From assembly GCF_013315695.1 (NCBI RefSeq), contig NZ_CP054353.1: a stretch of DNA of 64,000 bases; one strand, given 5' to 3'. Source of the DNA: Escherichia coli. GTDB taxonomy: Bacteria; Pseudomonadota; Gammaproteobacteria; Enterobacterales; Enterobacteriaceae. Below, one piece after another: positions 23,644 to 33,683 of this stretch. The notes beneath the pieces were generated by a model. It ran no database searches, had not been told where the DNA came from, and saw nothing but the letters and a program-made list of their open reading frames with translations. The translations under genes and the position numbers were made by a program. Position 1 is the stretch's first letter. The number at the start of each line of letters is the position of its first letter.

Positions 23644-24984
23644 TTAACACCAGGTTACCTGTGCTCTTCCATTTTGCTTACTTTTGTATAATCGTTCATC
23701 TGCCAGTAATTTCAACCGTTCAATGTTATTCATGCACTCGTCAGTATTGGCAACACCAATACTGCAACTACAATTCAATCCACCTATTGAGAAATGGACT
23801 ATTCTGTGCAAAATTCTTGATAATTGATTTATATCTTTATCATGATAAATAATAGCGAACTCATCGCCACCAAATCGATAAACTTCACCTTTGCTGAGGG
23901 GTAATTCATCCTTAATAAGATTAACAAGTCTTATTAGTACTTCATCACCAAATAAATGACCAAACTTGTCATTAATGGTTTTAAACTTATCTACATCAAA
24001 CAGGCATAAATATCCAAAATCCTTACTCAGCATCCTGATATTTTTATCAAAAACACGACACCCAGAAGCTCGCGTCAATGCATCGTAAGTCCCGGAATCA
24101 TATATTTCTCTAATTGCATCAATCTCTTCAACGTTAAAGAATAGATTTTTTCCATGCAAATTATAATGATTATTCGATAATATAGATTCTTTTTCTGACT
24201 TACCCTTATTTATGATTTTTTGCATTAATTTAATGTAATGAAAATATATTAACCCCGCAGAAATCGCCGATGTGAAAACAAAAAACAAGCACATATAAAT
24301 ATACTTATCTTTTTTATAGGCAACAATAAACATTACTTCCGGGATATAAGAATAAGCAAGAGTGATCGCTGATTTCTCAAATACAGCATCATTAATCAAA
24401 AAATCATCACCCGCGATTTTCTTTTCATTATCATTGATATCATAAAATGAGACATATATATTTTCCCGTTCACCTGACTGATTTCTTATCAAAGCCAAAT
24501 AACGTTCAGGATCTACCACTGATATCAAACTTGTTCGTTTCGAAATAGGATGAGCATAATAAATATAATATTTATTATTTAAACTAATAATCCCTCTTTC
24601 AAAGATGTTACTTATACGGATAGAAGAAACTATGCCGTCACAAAAGTTATCCCCTTCCGTTGTAACTTTGGCGCATTTACCATCGCTAATGATATAGGGA
24701 CCTAGATCATAAATATATTCTGGTTTTTGAAAGTCAGCAAAACTATTGCGTATCCTTTTTAACAACTCTTCCGGAGAAATATCTAACCCATAAAATACAT
24801 TATTAAATACTAAGCGCCGATACTCAGACACATTAGCTATAGCAAGCCCACTATCTATGATCGATACCTTTACCGAATTGACTCGATCTTTAACGTAAAT
24901 AGTATACAGATAACATGTCATTACAGAGACACATAAAAAATACAAAAAACAGATCCCTGCTGCCTTTTTTTTATACTTAAACAT
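23644..24984 (-). CDS. membrane-anchored diguanylate cyclase (GGDEF)
   Basis: 446-aa ORF with two TM segments flanking a periplasmic domain and an intact RFGGDEF active site. Confidence 0.85.
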   Translation of the reverse strand: MFKYKKKAAGICFLYFLCVSVMTCYLYTIYVKDRVNSVKVSIIDSGLAIANVSEYRRLVFNNVFYGLDISPEELLKRIRNSFADFQKPEYIYDLGPYIISDGKCAKVTTEGDNFCDGIVSSIRISNIFERGIISLNNKYYIYYAHPISKRTSLISVVDPERYLALIRNQSGERENIYVSFYDINDNEKKIAGDDFLINDAVFEKSAITLAYSYIPEVMFIVAYKKDKYIYMCLFFVFTSAISAGLIYFHYIKLMQKIINKGKSEKESILSNNHYNLHGKNLFFNVEEIDAIREIYDSGTYDALTRASGCRVFDKNIRMLSKDFGYLCLFDVDKFKTINDKFGHLFGDEVLIRLVNLIKDELPLSKGEVYRFGGDEFAIIYHDKDINQLSRILHRIVHFSIGGLNCSCSIGVANTDECMNNIERLKLLADERLYKSKQNGRAQVTWC

Positions 24985-24988
24985 TGTG

Positions 24989-27337
24989 TTATTTTCTTTT
25001 TTTCGGTTTACTGTCTATATGCCACTCTGAAAACGGTAATGGTTTCTGGTATAAATATCCCTGAACATGGGAGAAGCCTAATTTTTGTAATTCTCTGGCC
25101 TGTCTTTCTGTTTCAACACCTTCAGCGATCACTGGCATATTTTCTTCTCGTGCAAGACTAGATATAAAACACACAACCCTGTTAGTTTCATCGAAAATAC
25201 CAGAAGTAAATTCTGAATCAATTTTGATGCTATCAGGTCTAACTTTGTATAATTTTTTCAAGTCAGCTAACCCACTGCCAAAATCATCAAGGGAAATTTT
25301 AATGCCATTTCTTCTTAAAAATTTTATATTATTATAAAAACTATCATTTATATCTTTCATTGCTGACTCGGTGATCTCCAGACAGATTTGTTCCGTATTT
25401 ACGCCAAATTTATTAATTAAATTCAAAACGCGGGTATGGAAATCAAATTCATTTAACTGCCAAGGTGAAACATTGATATGCAGAAGAAATTCTTTCGTAA
25501 TTTCATACTCACGACTAAATGAACCAAATTCACCAATAGCCGTTTCAAGAACAAAATCACCCAGTTCTTTAATTAAGCCAATTTCTTCAGCAACAGGCAC
25601 GAAAACTGATGGTGGTATTGCACCATTTTCAACGGACAACCAGCGGCATAACGCTTCGGCGCCAACAACATTATTACTATCCATATCAACAATCGGTTGA
25701 TATACTAAATAAAACTCACTACTCACAATTGCTTTTTTTATATTTCCAGCAACCCAAACCTTTTGATCAAGTTCATGAGCCTTAATATCATCATAAAATA
25801 TAAATTCAGATTCTTTATTTTCTCGCATAGCTGTTAATGCCAGTTTCAGTTTACCTTCATAAATCGACAAACTTTCCCCTGAAAAAGTTTCACAAATAGC
25901 AACCTTATGAACATAAATATTTCTTATGCAAAAAATATGCTCAGGAAAGTTTAAAACAGATAATCGTTCTATGAACTCTTCACAATGAGTGTGACACAGC
26001 AACAAATATGTTTCAGTAGAAATTTTTATAATATCACAATATTTAGAATACTTTGCTGATATCTTTGATTTTATATCATTAATGATCTCATAAAATTTCT
26101 GACTGCCATGTATAGCCTCTACAAACTCTAATCCATAGATACAAAGCATACCAACTGCTGAATAGGTTTTATTATTAGTTTCAATGACAGATTTGTTGAT
26201 ATAGAAACAACTTCCTTGTTCATAGGAAACAAGATTAAGTAACCGTTCCATCCGCTCTTTGTATTTGTCACTAATGTTATTAATGATTTTTTTGAGCTCA
26301 ATAATCTCACTACTGTCATTTTGCACGATTTCGATTTTATCATTTCGGTATACTGAGCTCGCTAATTTTTTCAGATGCTCAATTAGTTTACCAGAGTCGT
26401 TTCTAACCTTTTTTGTTATCTTTTCAAAAAGGTACCATAATAAACAGAAACAAACCAAACCACATACAAACATCAGTGTAAAATATTTATTTATGTTTGT
26501 GTCTTCTGCTTTTTGATAATGAAAATAATGAAATTTGACATCAGGAAGCCTGGGGAGTGAAATAATATCGTCCGTATAATTACCGTTATTATTACTTATG
26601 TTATAACGTCCAGATGCATCTCTAACAATAAGATGTAACATTGATTGTTCATTACCTACCATAATCCTTTTATTCTGTTCCATAAATAAAATATCTGCAT
26701 TTCCTCCTAATTTGTCCAGGAAATTGCTAAAATATCTTTCATCAAGATCTAAATGAATTAACTTCAGAGCAAATGAATCTTTTTCTGCTTCGGCTGGTCG
26801 TAATGAAAACGAAAAACATTTTTTCCCGGCAATGCCATAGCAGTTATACCATGGTGACCATTTTGAATAAGTCCCTGTTGGTAATTTATTCCAGGGACGG
26901 GATTCAGGATCAAAGTAGTTATCGTTAATTTCACCATCAGGGCTAGTAAAAGCATGACCTGGCTCTGATTGCCCCAAAAATTTAACATCACCATTATCAG
27001 TTCGAATAAAGCTAAGATACTTTCCATTATTTAGCATTATTCCGACTAAATTAACAGAATCTATCTTTTTCATCCGATGAAGAACTGCGCGTTTTATTTC
27101 ATTTTCATCGTGTAACAGATAAATGGCATCTTTTAAAGCATCCGCCTCTTTTTCAACTTTAGAAAAAAAGTTATTCAAATTATTATTGATAAGTATAAGA
27201 TTAATGCGTGAAGAGTTTTCTGCTATTTTTTTATAAAAATCAATGGCTGTAATAAATGATAAAATAATATAGACAGTGACAGCGAATATAAGCGCAGTGT
27301 TAAATCTTGAGTTTAATTTTTCTGTGATGCTATACAT
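24989..27337 (-). CDS. membrane-anchored c-di-GMP phosphodiesterase (EAL)
   Basis: 782-aa ORF with two TM segments and periplasmic domain; EAL signatures GAEALCRW, LDDFGSG, AEGVE; first gene of the operon, stop 4 bp before the GGDEF start. Confidence 0.85.
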   Translation of the reverse strand: MYSITEKLNSRFNTALIFAVTVYIILSFITAIDFYKKIAENSSRINLILINNNLNNFFSKVEKEADALKDAIYLLHDENEIKRAVLHRMKKIDSVNLVGIMLNNGKYLSFIRTDNGDVKFLGQSEPGHAFTSPDGEINDNYFDPESRPWNKLPTGTYSKWSPWYNCYGIAGKKCFSFSLRPAEAEKDSFALKLIHLDLDERYFSNFLDKLGGNADILFMEQNKRIMVGNEQSMLHLIVRDASGRYNISNNNGNYTDDIISLPRLPDVKFHYFHYQKAEDTNINKYFTLMFVCGLVCFCLLWYLFEKITKKVRNDSGKLIEHLKKLASSVYRNDKIEIVQNDSSEIIELKKIINNISDKYKERMERLLNLVSYEQGSCFYINKSVIETNNKTYSAVGMLCIYGLEFVEAIHGSQKFYEIINDIKSKISAKYSKYCDIIKISTETYLLLCHTHCEEFIERLSVLNFPEHIFCIRNIYVHKVAICETFSGESLSIYEGKLKLALTAMRENKESEFIFYDDIKAHELDQKVWVAGNIKKAIVSSEFYLVYQPIVDMDSNNVVGAEALCRWLSVENGAIPPSVFVPVAEEIGLIKELGDFVLETAIGEFGSFSREYEITKEFLLHINVSPWQLNEFDFHTRVLNLINKFGVNTEQICLEITESAMKDINDSFYNNIKFLRRNGIKISLDDFGSGLADLKKLYKVRPDSIKIDSEFTSGIFDETNRVVCFISSLAREENMPVIAEGVETERQARELQKLGFSHVQGYLYQKPLPFSEWHIDSKPKKRK

Positions 27338-28436
27338 ACTGGTGTTCTGACTAAAATGTTATCAATAATTTCGATATTACATTATATAAAGTTCGGTATA
27401 TGAAATGGTATTAATACTCCTCTTTATGATTTTCTGAATTAAATGATCTCCATTCTGTAAATATATCATAATGAGAAGATTGATTTTCTCTTAATTTACC
27501 AAAGTTATTATCATGCTTATTACTTTAACCAGAATGACATTATCATATATAGCGTTTATACTTTTGCATCTTCCACCCACGCTACCGCCTTTCGTTAATT
27601 TATCAACGAAATAATTTAGATATGAAAAAATCAATATATGACGCCTAAGCTATCACATTATGCATAGTTGCGACATTCACCTCTTTAATTATCCCAAAGA
27701 GGTATTAATGTGAATTCTCTATCATCCATTTTGCTGATTTATCTTTTTTCAGTCATGAGCAATCCGACTCTCTTAGCCAAAATAAATTAATAACCTTAAA
27801 ATGAGGTTTAATCAGAAAGTAGTAGCCACAGCTTGACTATTAAGACTATAAATTAGCCATAACGATGGACAGATAAATATGTTAATGAATACATGTTCAA
27901 TAAAACAATAAGGCACAACGCCAGGCCACCATTTTATTTTAAAAATAAAAGGCTGTGAACTATGCCAGGTATAATCTGATTCTATCGAGAGAGAATTTTT
28001 GTAAGTTACAAATACTGCAAAAGACACATTACACAAAATTTTTAACCACACAAACACCTTGTGTTCTGTATAACAGAACAATAGCTGTGGTCATTTTCAG
28101 CAAGTTTAACTAAAATTATCAAGAATTTTTTTTGATGTATATCAAAAACAATAGTCTTCGCGCATCCGTTACTGCTTAACATTTACCCACAAAGTTCATA
28201 TTTTCACCACACATAATCGTTCACTTCAGAACTTAAAATAATAACTTGCAAAATAACCAATAATTAAAACTATCACTGCATCTAAAAATAAAGATTAAGA
28301 TAACTAAAATTCGTATTATCACGGCATCGTTTATCGCCACCCGTCTCTTAAGAAAAATTTAACTTTGCTATTATCAGTCCTCTCCGAATTTCTCTTCTAT
28401 TTACTGCGATAACCCCGGCGAACCGGGGCATGATGA
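27338..28436 (-). promoter_or_regulatory. 1.1-kb AT-rich noncoding leader/promoter region upstream of the EAL-GGDEF-bcsA-like operon
   Basis: No convincing ORF; strongly AT-rich; sits at the 5' end of a minus-strand operon. Confidence 0.4.
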
Positions 28437-29856
28437 CTATTTCTTATTCGCTTTACGCGCAAGTAACGGGAATATCAGCCCCAGTCCAACCAGGACAAAT
28501 GGCGTCGCAATATTCAGCGCCAACTGAAAAGTCCACTCTGCGGTGAAGGCTTCCATTTTCGGGAAAATCCCTGTCAGGCAGGCAAAAGCGGTAAAGGTAA
28601 AACACCAGATCCCGACAGTCATCGCCAGCGGCCTGTTACGAATAAAGACATACTCTGGTTTATATTTCTGCGCCAGGCGAACGACTGCAATAAATGCAAC
28701 AAATACCCATAAATAACGCAGCGGCATCACTACCGAATTAAGGTTCAACAGCCATTTATAGAGATTGTTCATATCACCAATGCCGAGAGTCGGCAGCATA
28801 ATCAGAATCGCCACCAGTACCAGGGTCAGAAAATAGCCATTAACGGGCGTACCAGAAGCGTTGGTACGACATAAACTGGCTGGAATATATTTGCTATCAG
28901 CATCGCCTAATAGTACTTTAAGCGGCGCATCAATCGAGAATACCAGCGCAGCTACTTGTCCCAGGGTATTCGCAATGGCGTAAATCACCATTAAAGTATT
29001 ACCCATGTTGTAATACTCGCCCAGCTTCTGAAAGGCGTAATACTGACCGTTGGTCATTAAGTCATCCGGGATATTACGCGAATCAAACATCATCCCCATC
29101 GCCAGCGAGCCCAGAATGGCACAAACCGCAACCATCACCGCCAGGCATAACATCCCTTTTGGAAATTCTTTTCCTGGGTTGCGCGTTTGATTAACGTAAG
29201 GAGAAATCTTCTCTGCTCCGCCAACCGCGAAAACCAGCATTGAAATAGTGGTAATGTAGGTAAAGTCGATATGAGGAATGAACGTTTCCCAGGTAATGTT
29301 TGTGGTCGCAATATGCACTTCAGTAATTGCAGGCGCGGTTACCGCCATCGCCACATACAGGAGCGACATAACAAACATCGCAATCCCTGCCACAGAACCG
29401 ACGATTTTCAGCGATTTCATACCGCGTGAAGCAACCCACATAAAGAAGATAAACAGCACCAGCGTTAACCCCTGTAACGCTACGACTGAATATTCTTTGA
29501 TTAACGAACCGTCGCCTTTCATCGCCCAACCGAGCGCAATCAGTATTGCCTGGGGTTTTTGTGCCAGATAGGGAATATGCACTACCCAGTAGGTCCACGC
29601 GGCGAGGTAAGCCAGTCCGGGTCCCATCGTGTGTTTAATCCAGGTACTGACCCCGCCCTTCCCATCTTTGAAGGTCGAGCCTAACTGACCAACAATTAGC
29701 GCATAAGGTGTGAAATAGAGCGCAAAGATAAACACCCATGAAAAACCCCTGGTTGGCGTAGTTATTAACAACGTTGCCAAAACCCCAGACAGTGATAAAA
29801 GACATCAGCGCAATGTTGTACCATCGCAGCTGTTTTTCCTGAACATTCCCAGCCAT
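28437..29856 (-). pseudogene. ycaM: APC-family amino-acid transporter with a frameshift in a homopolymer tract
   Basis: N-terminal frame MAGNVQEKQLRWYNIALMSFITVWGFGNVVNNYANQGF (from 29856) and C-terminal 447-aa frame (28437-29780) overlap in different frames at the A5/C4 run at 29752-29760. Confidence 0.65.
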
Positions 29857-30065
29857 AGACAAATCCTTCGCCAAAATTAAAGGGGCATCTGTAAAACGAG
29901 GGATTATGCGCGGCAAATAAGAAGTGCGGAAATAGCGAAATGCAAAATTATAACCTGCTGCACATTTTATTTTGAAACGAATAAAATTTGGAATAAAGCA
30001 AGTCAGATAGAAGAAACAAAAAAGCAGAGTGTGAAACAGTAAGTTCACACTCTGCGTTAATTCAT

Positions 30066-31214
30066 TTACACGTGAGCAACGGGTTTCGGCGTATGACCGG
30101 CGTTGCGAAGCAGCATCAGCAAATAGATAAACGATACGCTGGCGATCATGATAAACAATAAATTATCGGAGAAATTCTGCATTAGCATGGCAGTAAATGA
30201 CGGGCCAAGCAGACTTCCCACGGTATAGCTCAACAGTAAGGCCTGGTTCATCGCCACCAGTTGATGATGTTCAACTTTCTCGCAAGCCCATGCCATCGCC
30301 ACCGGATATAGCGTAAAGCCAGCGGCACCGAGGATGAATAACGCTGGGGCCATCGCCGCCTGGCTAAGCATCGCGATACTGCCGAGAATGACGACAAAGA
30401 CCTGAACACGCAACACCAGCAGTCGACCAAACTTATCCGCCAGACGTCCAATCGGCCATTGTCCAAGGATACCCGCACTGACCAGTACCGCCATCCAGAA
30501 ACCAATGCTGGCATTGCTCACCCCTTTGTGATTGAGGTACAGCGGCATCAGGCCATATAGAGATCCCAGAACGATTCCTGAGATAATGCAGCCATTCACG
30601 CCAAGCCGCGCCTGACGGAGTTTTAGCATTGACGTAATTGACGTCGCATCATGGTTTTCAGCCTGCTGATTCAGCACACGCGTAAACAACAGCGGTAAGA
30701 TCCCTGCCAACGTCAAACCTGTAACCCACGGCAATACGGACATCAGCTCGGTTGAAACTTTGCTGACCAGTAACTGGCCTAAAAACGTTCCCACGTAATA
30801 AACCATCATATACGCAGCAAGCAAACGCCCACGGTTACGTGACGTCCCACTGCACATCAGCGCGCTCTCAACAACCACCCAAATCATGGCACAGCCGACA
30901 CCGGCGACAAAACGCCAAGCCAACCAGCTCCAGAATCCAATCATCAGGCCAAGGCCGGCACAGCCAGCGGCAAAAATGAAGGAGGCCAGATAATAGCTGC
31001 GGTTAAAGCCAATGCGCTTAATGACATACCCTGTCAGCAATGTACCGACCAGGTTGCCGGTAAAATAGGATGAGCTGACAACGCCTACCTGCCATGTGGA
31101 CATGTGTTCCTGGGCGAGCCAAAGCGGCACGAGTGTATTTAACACTGCGATCGCCAGAGTCAACAAAAGCAGGCCAGACAGCAAAAGCATGACAGGCCGG
31201 GTATACGTGGACAT
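30066..31214 (-). CDS. ycaD: MFS transporter
   Basis: 382-aa 12-TM ORF; synteny. Confidence 0.85.
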   Translation of the reverse strand: MSTYTRPVMLLLSGLLLLTLAIAVLNTLVPLWLAQEHMSTWQVGVVSSSYFTGNLVGTLLTGYVIKRIGFNRSYYLASFIFAAGCAGLGLMIGFWSWLAWRFVAGVGCAMIWVVVESALMCSGTSRNRGRLLAAYMMVYYVGTFLGQLLVSKVSTELMSVLPWVTGLTLAGILPLLFTRVLNQQAENHDATSITSMLKLRQARLGVNGCIISGIVLGSLYGLMPLYLNHKGVSNASIGFWMAVLVSAGILGQWPIGRLADKFGRLLVLRVQVFVVILGSIAMLSQAAMAPALFILGAAGFTLYPVAMAWACEKVEHHQLVAMNQALLLSYTVGSLLGPSFTAMLMQNFSDNLLFIMIASVSFIYLLMLLRNAGHTPKPVAHV

Positions 31215-31528
31215 GAATTAAAACCGTGAGGAAGTTCAAATTTCATGCGCATCATGCCACCGCCAAAAACATTGTCAATGGGTGAAAATACGCGCATATC
31301 GCAGCGGAGGTATTATCGATTTATATTACTCATTCATAACGCTAATGCTGGAGAGACGATTAATCTCATCTGATTGTTTTTATTGATCTAACACAAATTT
31401 CATACGCTTCGTTCAGTCGAAAAATTTCATGGTCACAGCAAACTCATATTTCCCGTCTATGCTTTCAGAGCAATGCATCGCGTCTGACCGATTTCAGACG
31501 TACCACTGACTCTCGAAAGGAGAAGAGG

Positions 31529-32155
31529 ATGACCAAACCGTATGTTCGTCTTGATAAAAATGATGCTGCCGTTTTGCTTGTTGATCACCAGGCTGGTTTA
31601 CTTTCCCTTGTACGGGATATCGAACCCGATAAGTTTAAAAATAACGTGCTGGCGCTGGGTGATCTGGCTAAGTATTTCAACTTACCTACTATTCTTACCA
31701 CCAGTTTTGAAACCGGTCCTAACGGCCCATTAGTTCCAGAACTGAAAGCACAGTTTCCCGATGCACCTTACATTGCTCGCCCGGGAAATATTAACGCCTG
31801 GGATAACGAAGATTTTGTAAAAGCTGTCAAAGCGACAGGTAAAAAACAGTTAATTATTGCCGGTGTGGTAACCGAAGTTTGCGTGGCATTCCCGGCGCTT
31901 TCAGCCATTGAAGAAGGGTTTGACGTCTTTGTCGTGACTGACGCGTCAGGGACCTTTAATGAAATTACCCGGCATTCGGCGTGGGATCGCATGTCGCAAG
32001 CAGGTGCGCAATTGATGACATGGTTCGGCGTGGCTTGCGAGCTGCACCGTGACTGGCGTAATGATATTGAAGGACTGGCGACGTTGTTCTCTAACCACAT
32101 TCCTGATTATCGTAATTTGATGACCAGTTATGACACGTTAACGAAGCAGAAATAA
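31529..32155 (+). CDS. ycaC: isochorismatase-family hydrolase
   Basis: 208-aa ORF starting MTKPYVRLDKNDAAVLLVDHQ with catalytic Cys context VVTEVCV. Confidence 0.85.
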   Translation: MTKPYVRLDKNDAAVLLVDHQAGLLSLVRDIEPDKFKNNVLALGDLAKYFNLPTILTTSFETGPNGPLVPELKAQFPDAPYIARPGNINAWDNEDFVKAVKATGKKQLIIAGVVTEVCVAFPALSAIEEGFDVFVVTDASGTFNEITRHSAWDRMSQAGAQLMTWFGVACELHRDWRNDIEGLATLFSNHIPDYRNLMTSYDTLTKQK

Positions 32156-32160
32156 AAGAG

Positions 32161-32182
32161 AACCGGGGCCGAAACCCCGGTT
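32161..32182. terminator. hairpin between convergent ycaC and dmsC
   Basis: AACCGGGG-CCGAAA-CCCCGGTT; T-rich run follows on the minus strand. Confidence 0.5.
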
Positions 32183-32190
32183 GTTACTGA

Positions 32191-33054
32191 TTAGCTTGCG
32201 ACGGCCATCCCCACGGTCATATGCAAACCATAGAATACGCCGCGACCGATTAATTCCCCTGCCAGAAGCAGAATGAATGATACGGAAAGTAGCGGAACCG
32301 CAGGCTGATAACCTTTTAGCTGTGGTGCAATCCACAAGCACAGGGCAACGGCCAAAAGCACAATCCGCCAGGACATCAGCGCACCATAGTCCGGCACCAG
32401 CGCTGCGGCCTGCTGCACAGAGCTATGAATAGTCGCCAGCTCTGCGCCCTGCATCACTGACATCACGCCACTCACTACCAGTGCCAGAACAGAAATGGCT
32501 GGCAGCAGACGCATCGCCCAGCCATCGACGCCAGCCAGACTCAGCAACAGGTAACCCAGTAACGGGCCGCCCATAAACATCGTCAGGAAGAAGCCCGTCG
32601 GTGTCCAGATGCTGTACCAGGTGGGTACTGTATCGATGCTGTTATACACACGCACCATCATCCAGACAAAGACTGCGCCAAGAACCATCGTCACCACCAG
32701 CCAAAGCGTACGCAATGCCGGTGAAAGCTTTTTCAGCATTGCCAGCAACCAGCCGATGCCACCAACAGCAAAAAAGATCGAACCGCTGGCGATTTCGTTA
32801 CTGAGTGCTGAAGCCCCTACCCGATTGAGCGAGTTAAAAGCGCGCATCGGTGAACCAAGATGAAGCATAGAGGCGATAAAGCCAATGCCCATCAGCACCC
32901 ATAAACCCAACATGCAGGCAATAACACGCTGCTGGGCTTCTGCTCGCAGGTCGCCTTTGAGCAGCGCCAAAGCCAGAACGATAAAACCCCCCGCTACACA
33001 TTGCCCGAAGACCGTGAAGATCATCAGCGGCCATTCATGCCATCCACTTCCCAT
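32191..33054 (-). CDS. dmsC: DMSO reductase membrane anchor subunit
   Basis: 287 aa from MGSGWHEWPLMIFTVFGQ (ORF track extended to 33117); multi-pass membrane protein. Confidence 0.9.
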   Translation of the reverse strand: MGSGWHEWPLMIFTVFGQCVAGGFIVLALALLKGDLRAEAQQRVIACMLGLWVLMGIGFIASMLHLGSPMRAFNSLNRVGASALSNEIASGSIFFAVGGIGWLLAMLKKLSPALRTLWLVVTMVLGAVFVWMMVRVYNSIDTVPTWYSIWTPTGFFLTMFMGGPLLGYLLLSLAGVDGWAMRLLPAISVLALVVSGVMSVMQGAELATIHSSVQQAAALVPDYGALMSWRIVLLAVALCLWIAPQLKGYQPAVPLLSVSFILLLAGELIGRGVFYGLHMTVGMAVAS

Positions 33055-33055
33055 C

Positions 33056-33673
33056 TCACACCTCCTTCGGGTTTGCCAGATAGCCAGTGGTATCCCCGGT
33101 CGGGCGGCTGTTGGCATTGGGTTTGATCACAATATTCGGTTTGGTAAAGTGAGCTCGCGGCAACGGCGCAACGGCCGCCAGATCGCCATGTTTTTTACGC
33201 AGCTCGTCGATAGGGCCGAAATCCAGCGCCCGCAGCGGGCAAGATTCAACACAGATCGGCTTTTTCCCCTCCGCAACACGGTCATAACAACCATCGCATT
33301 TGGTCATATGGCCTTTCGTTTCGTTATATTGCGGTGCGCCATACGGGCAAGCCATATGGCAGTAGCGGCAGCCAATGCACACATCTTCATCGACCACAAC
33401 AAAACCATCTTCACGTTTATGCATCGCACCGCTCGGGCAGACTTTAGTACAAGCCGGATCTTCGCAGTGGTTACATGAAATCGACAGATAGTAGGCAAAC
33501 ACGTTCTGGTGCCAGACACCGTTATCTTCCTGCCAGTCGCCGCCAGCATATTCATAAATGCGGCGGAAACTGACTTCTGGCGTCAAATCTTTGTAGTCTT
33601 TACAGGCCAGCTCGCAGGTTTTGCAACCGGTGCAACGGCTGGAATCAATAAAAAATCCATACTGGGTTGTCAT
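33056..33673 (-). CDS. dmsB: DMSO reductase iron-sulfur subunit
   Basis: 205-aa ORF with four Cys clusters (CTGCKTCELAC etc.). Confidence 0.95.
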   Translation of the reverse strand: MTTQYGFFIDSSRCTGCKTCELACKDYKDLTPEVSFRRIYEYAGGDWQEDNGVWHQNVFAYYLSISCNHCEDPACTKVCPSGAMHKREDGFVVVDEDVCIGCRYCHMACPYGAPQYNETKGHMTKCDGCYDRVAEGKKPICVESCPLRALDFGPIDELRKKHGDLAAVAPLPRAHFTKPNIVIKPNANSRPTGDTTGYLANPKEV

Positions 33674-33683
33674 CGGTTACTCC

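Noticed and set aside
27812-28081. 89-aa ORF in the AT-rich leader
   Set aside because: Lies in low-complexity AT-rich DNA with no ribosome-binding site noted; likely chance ORF.
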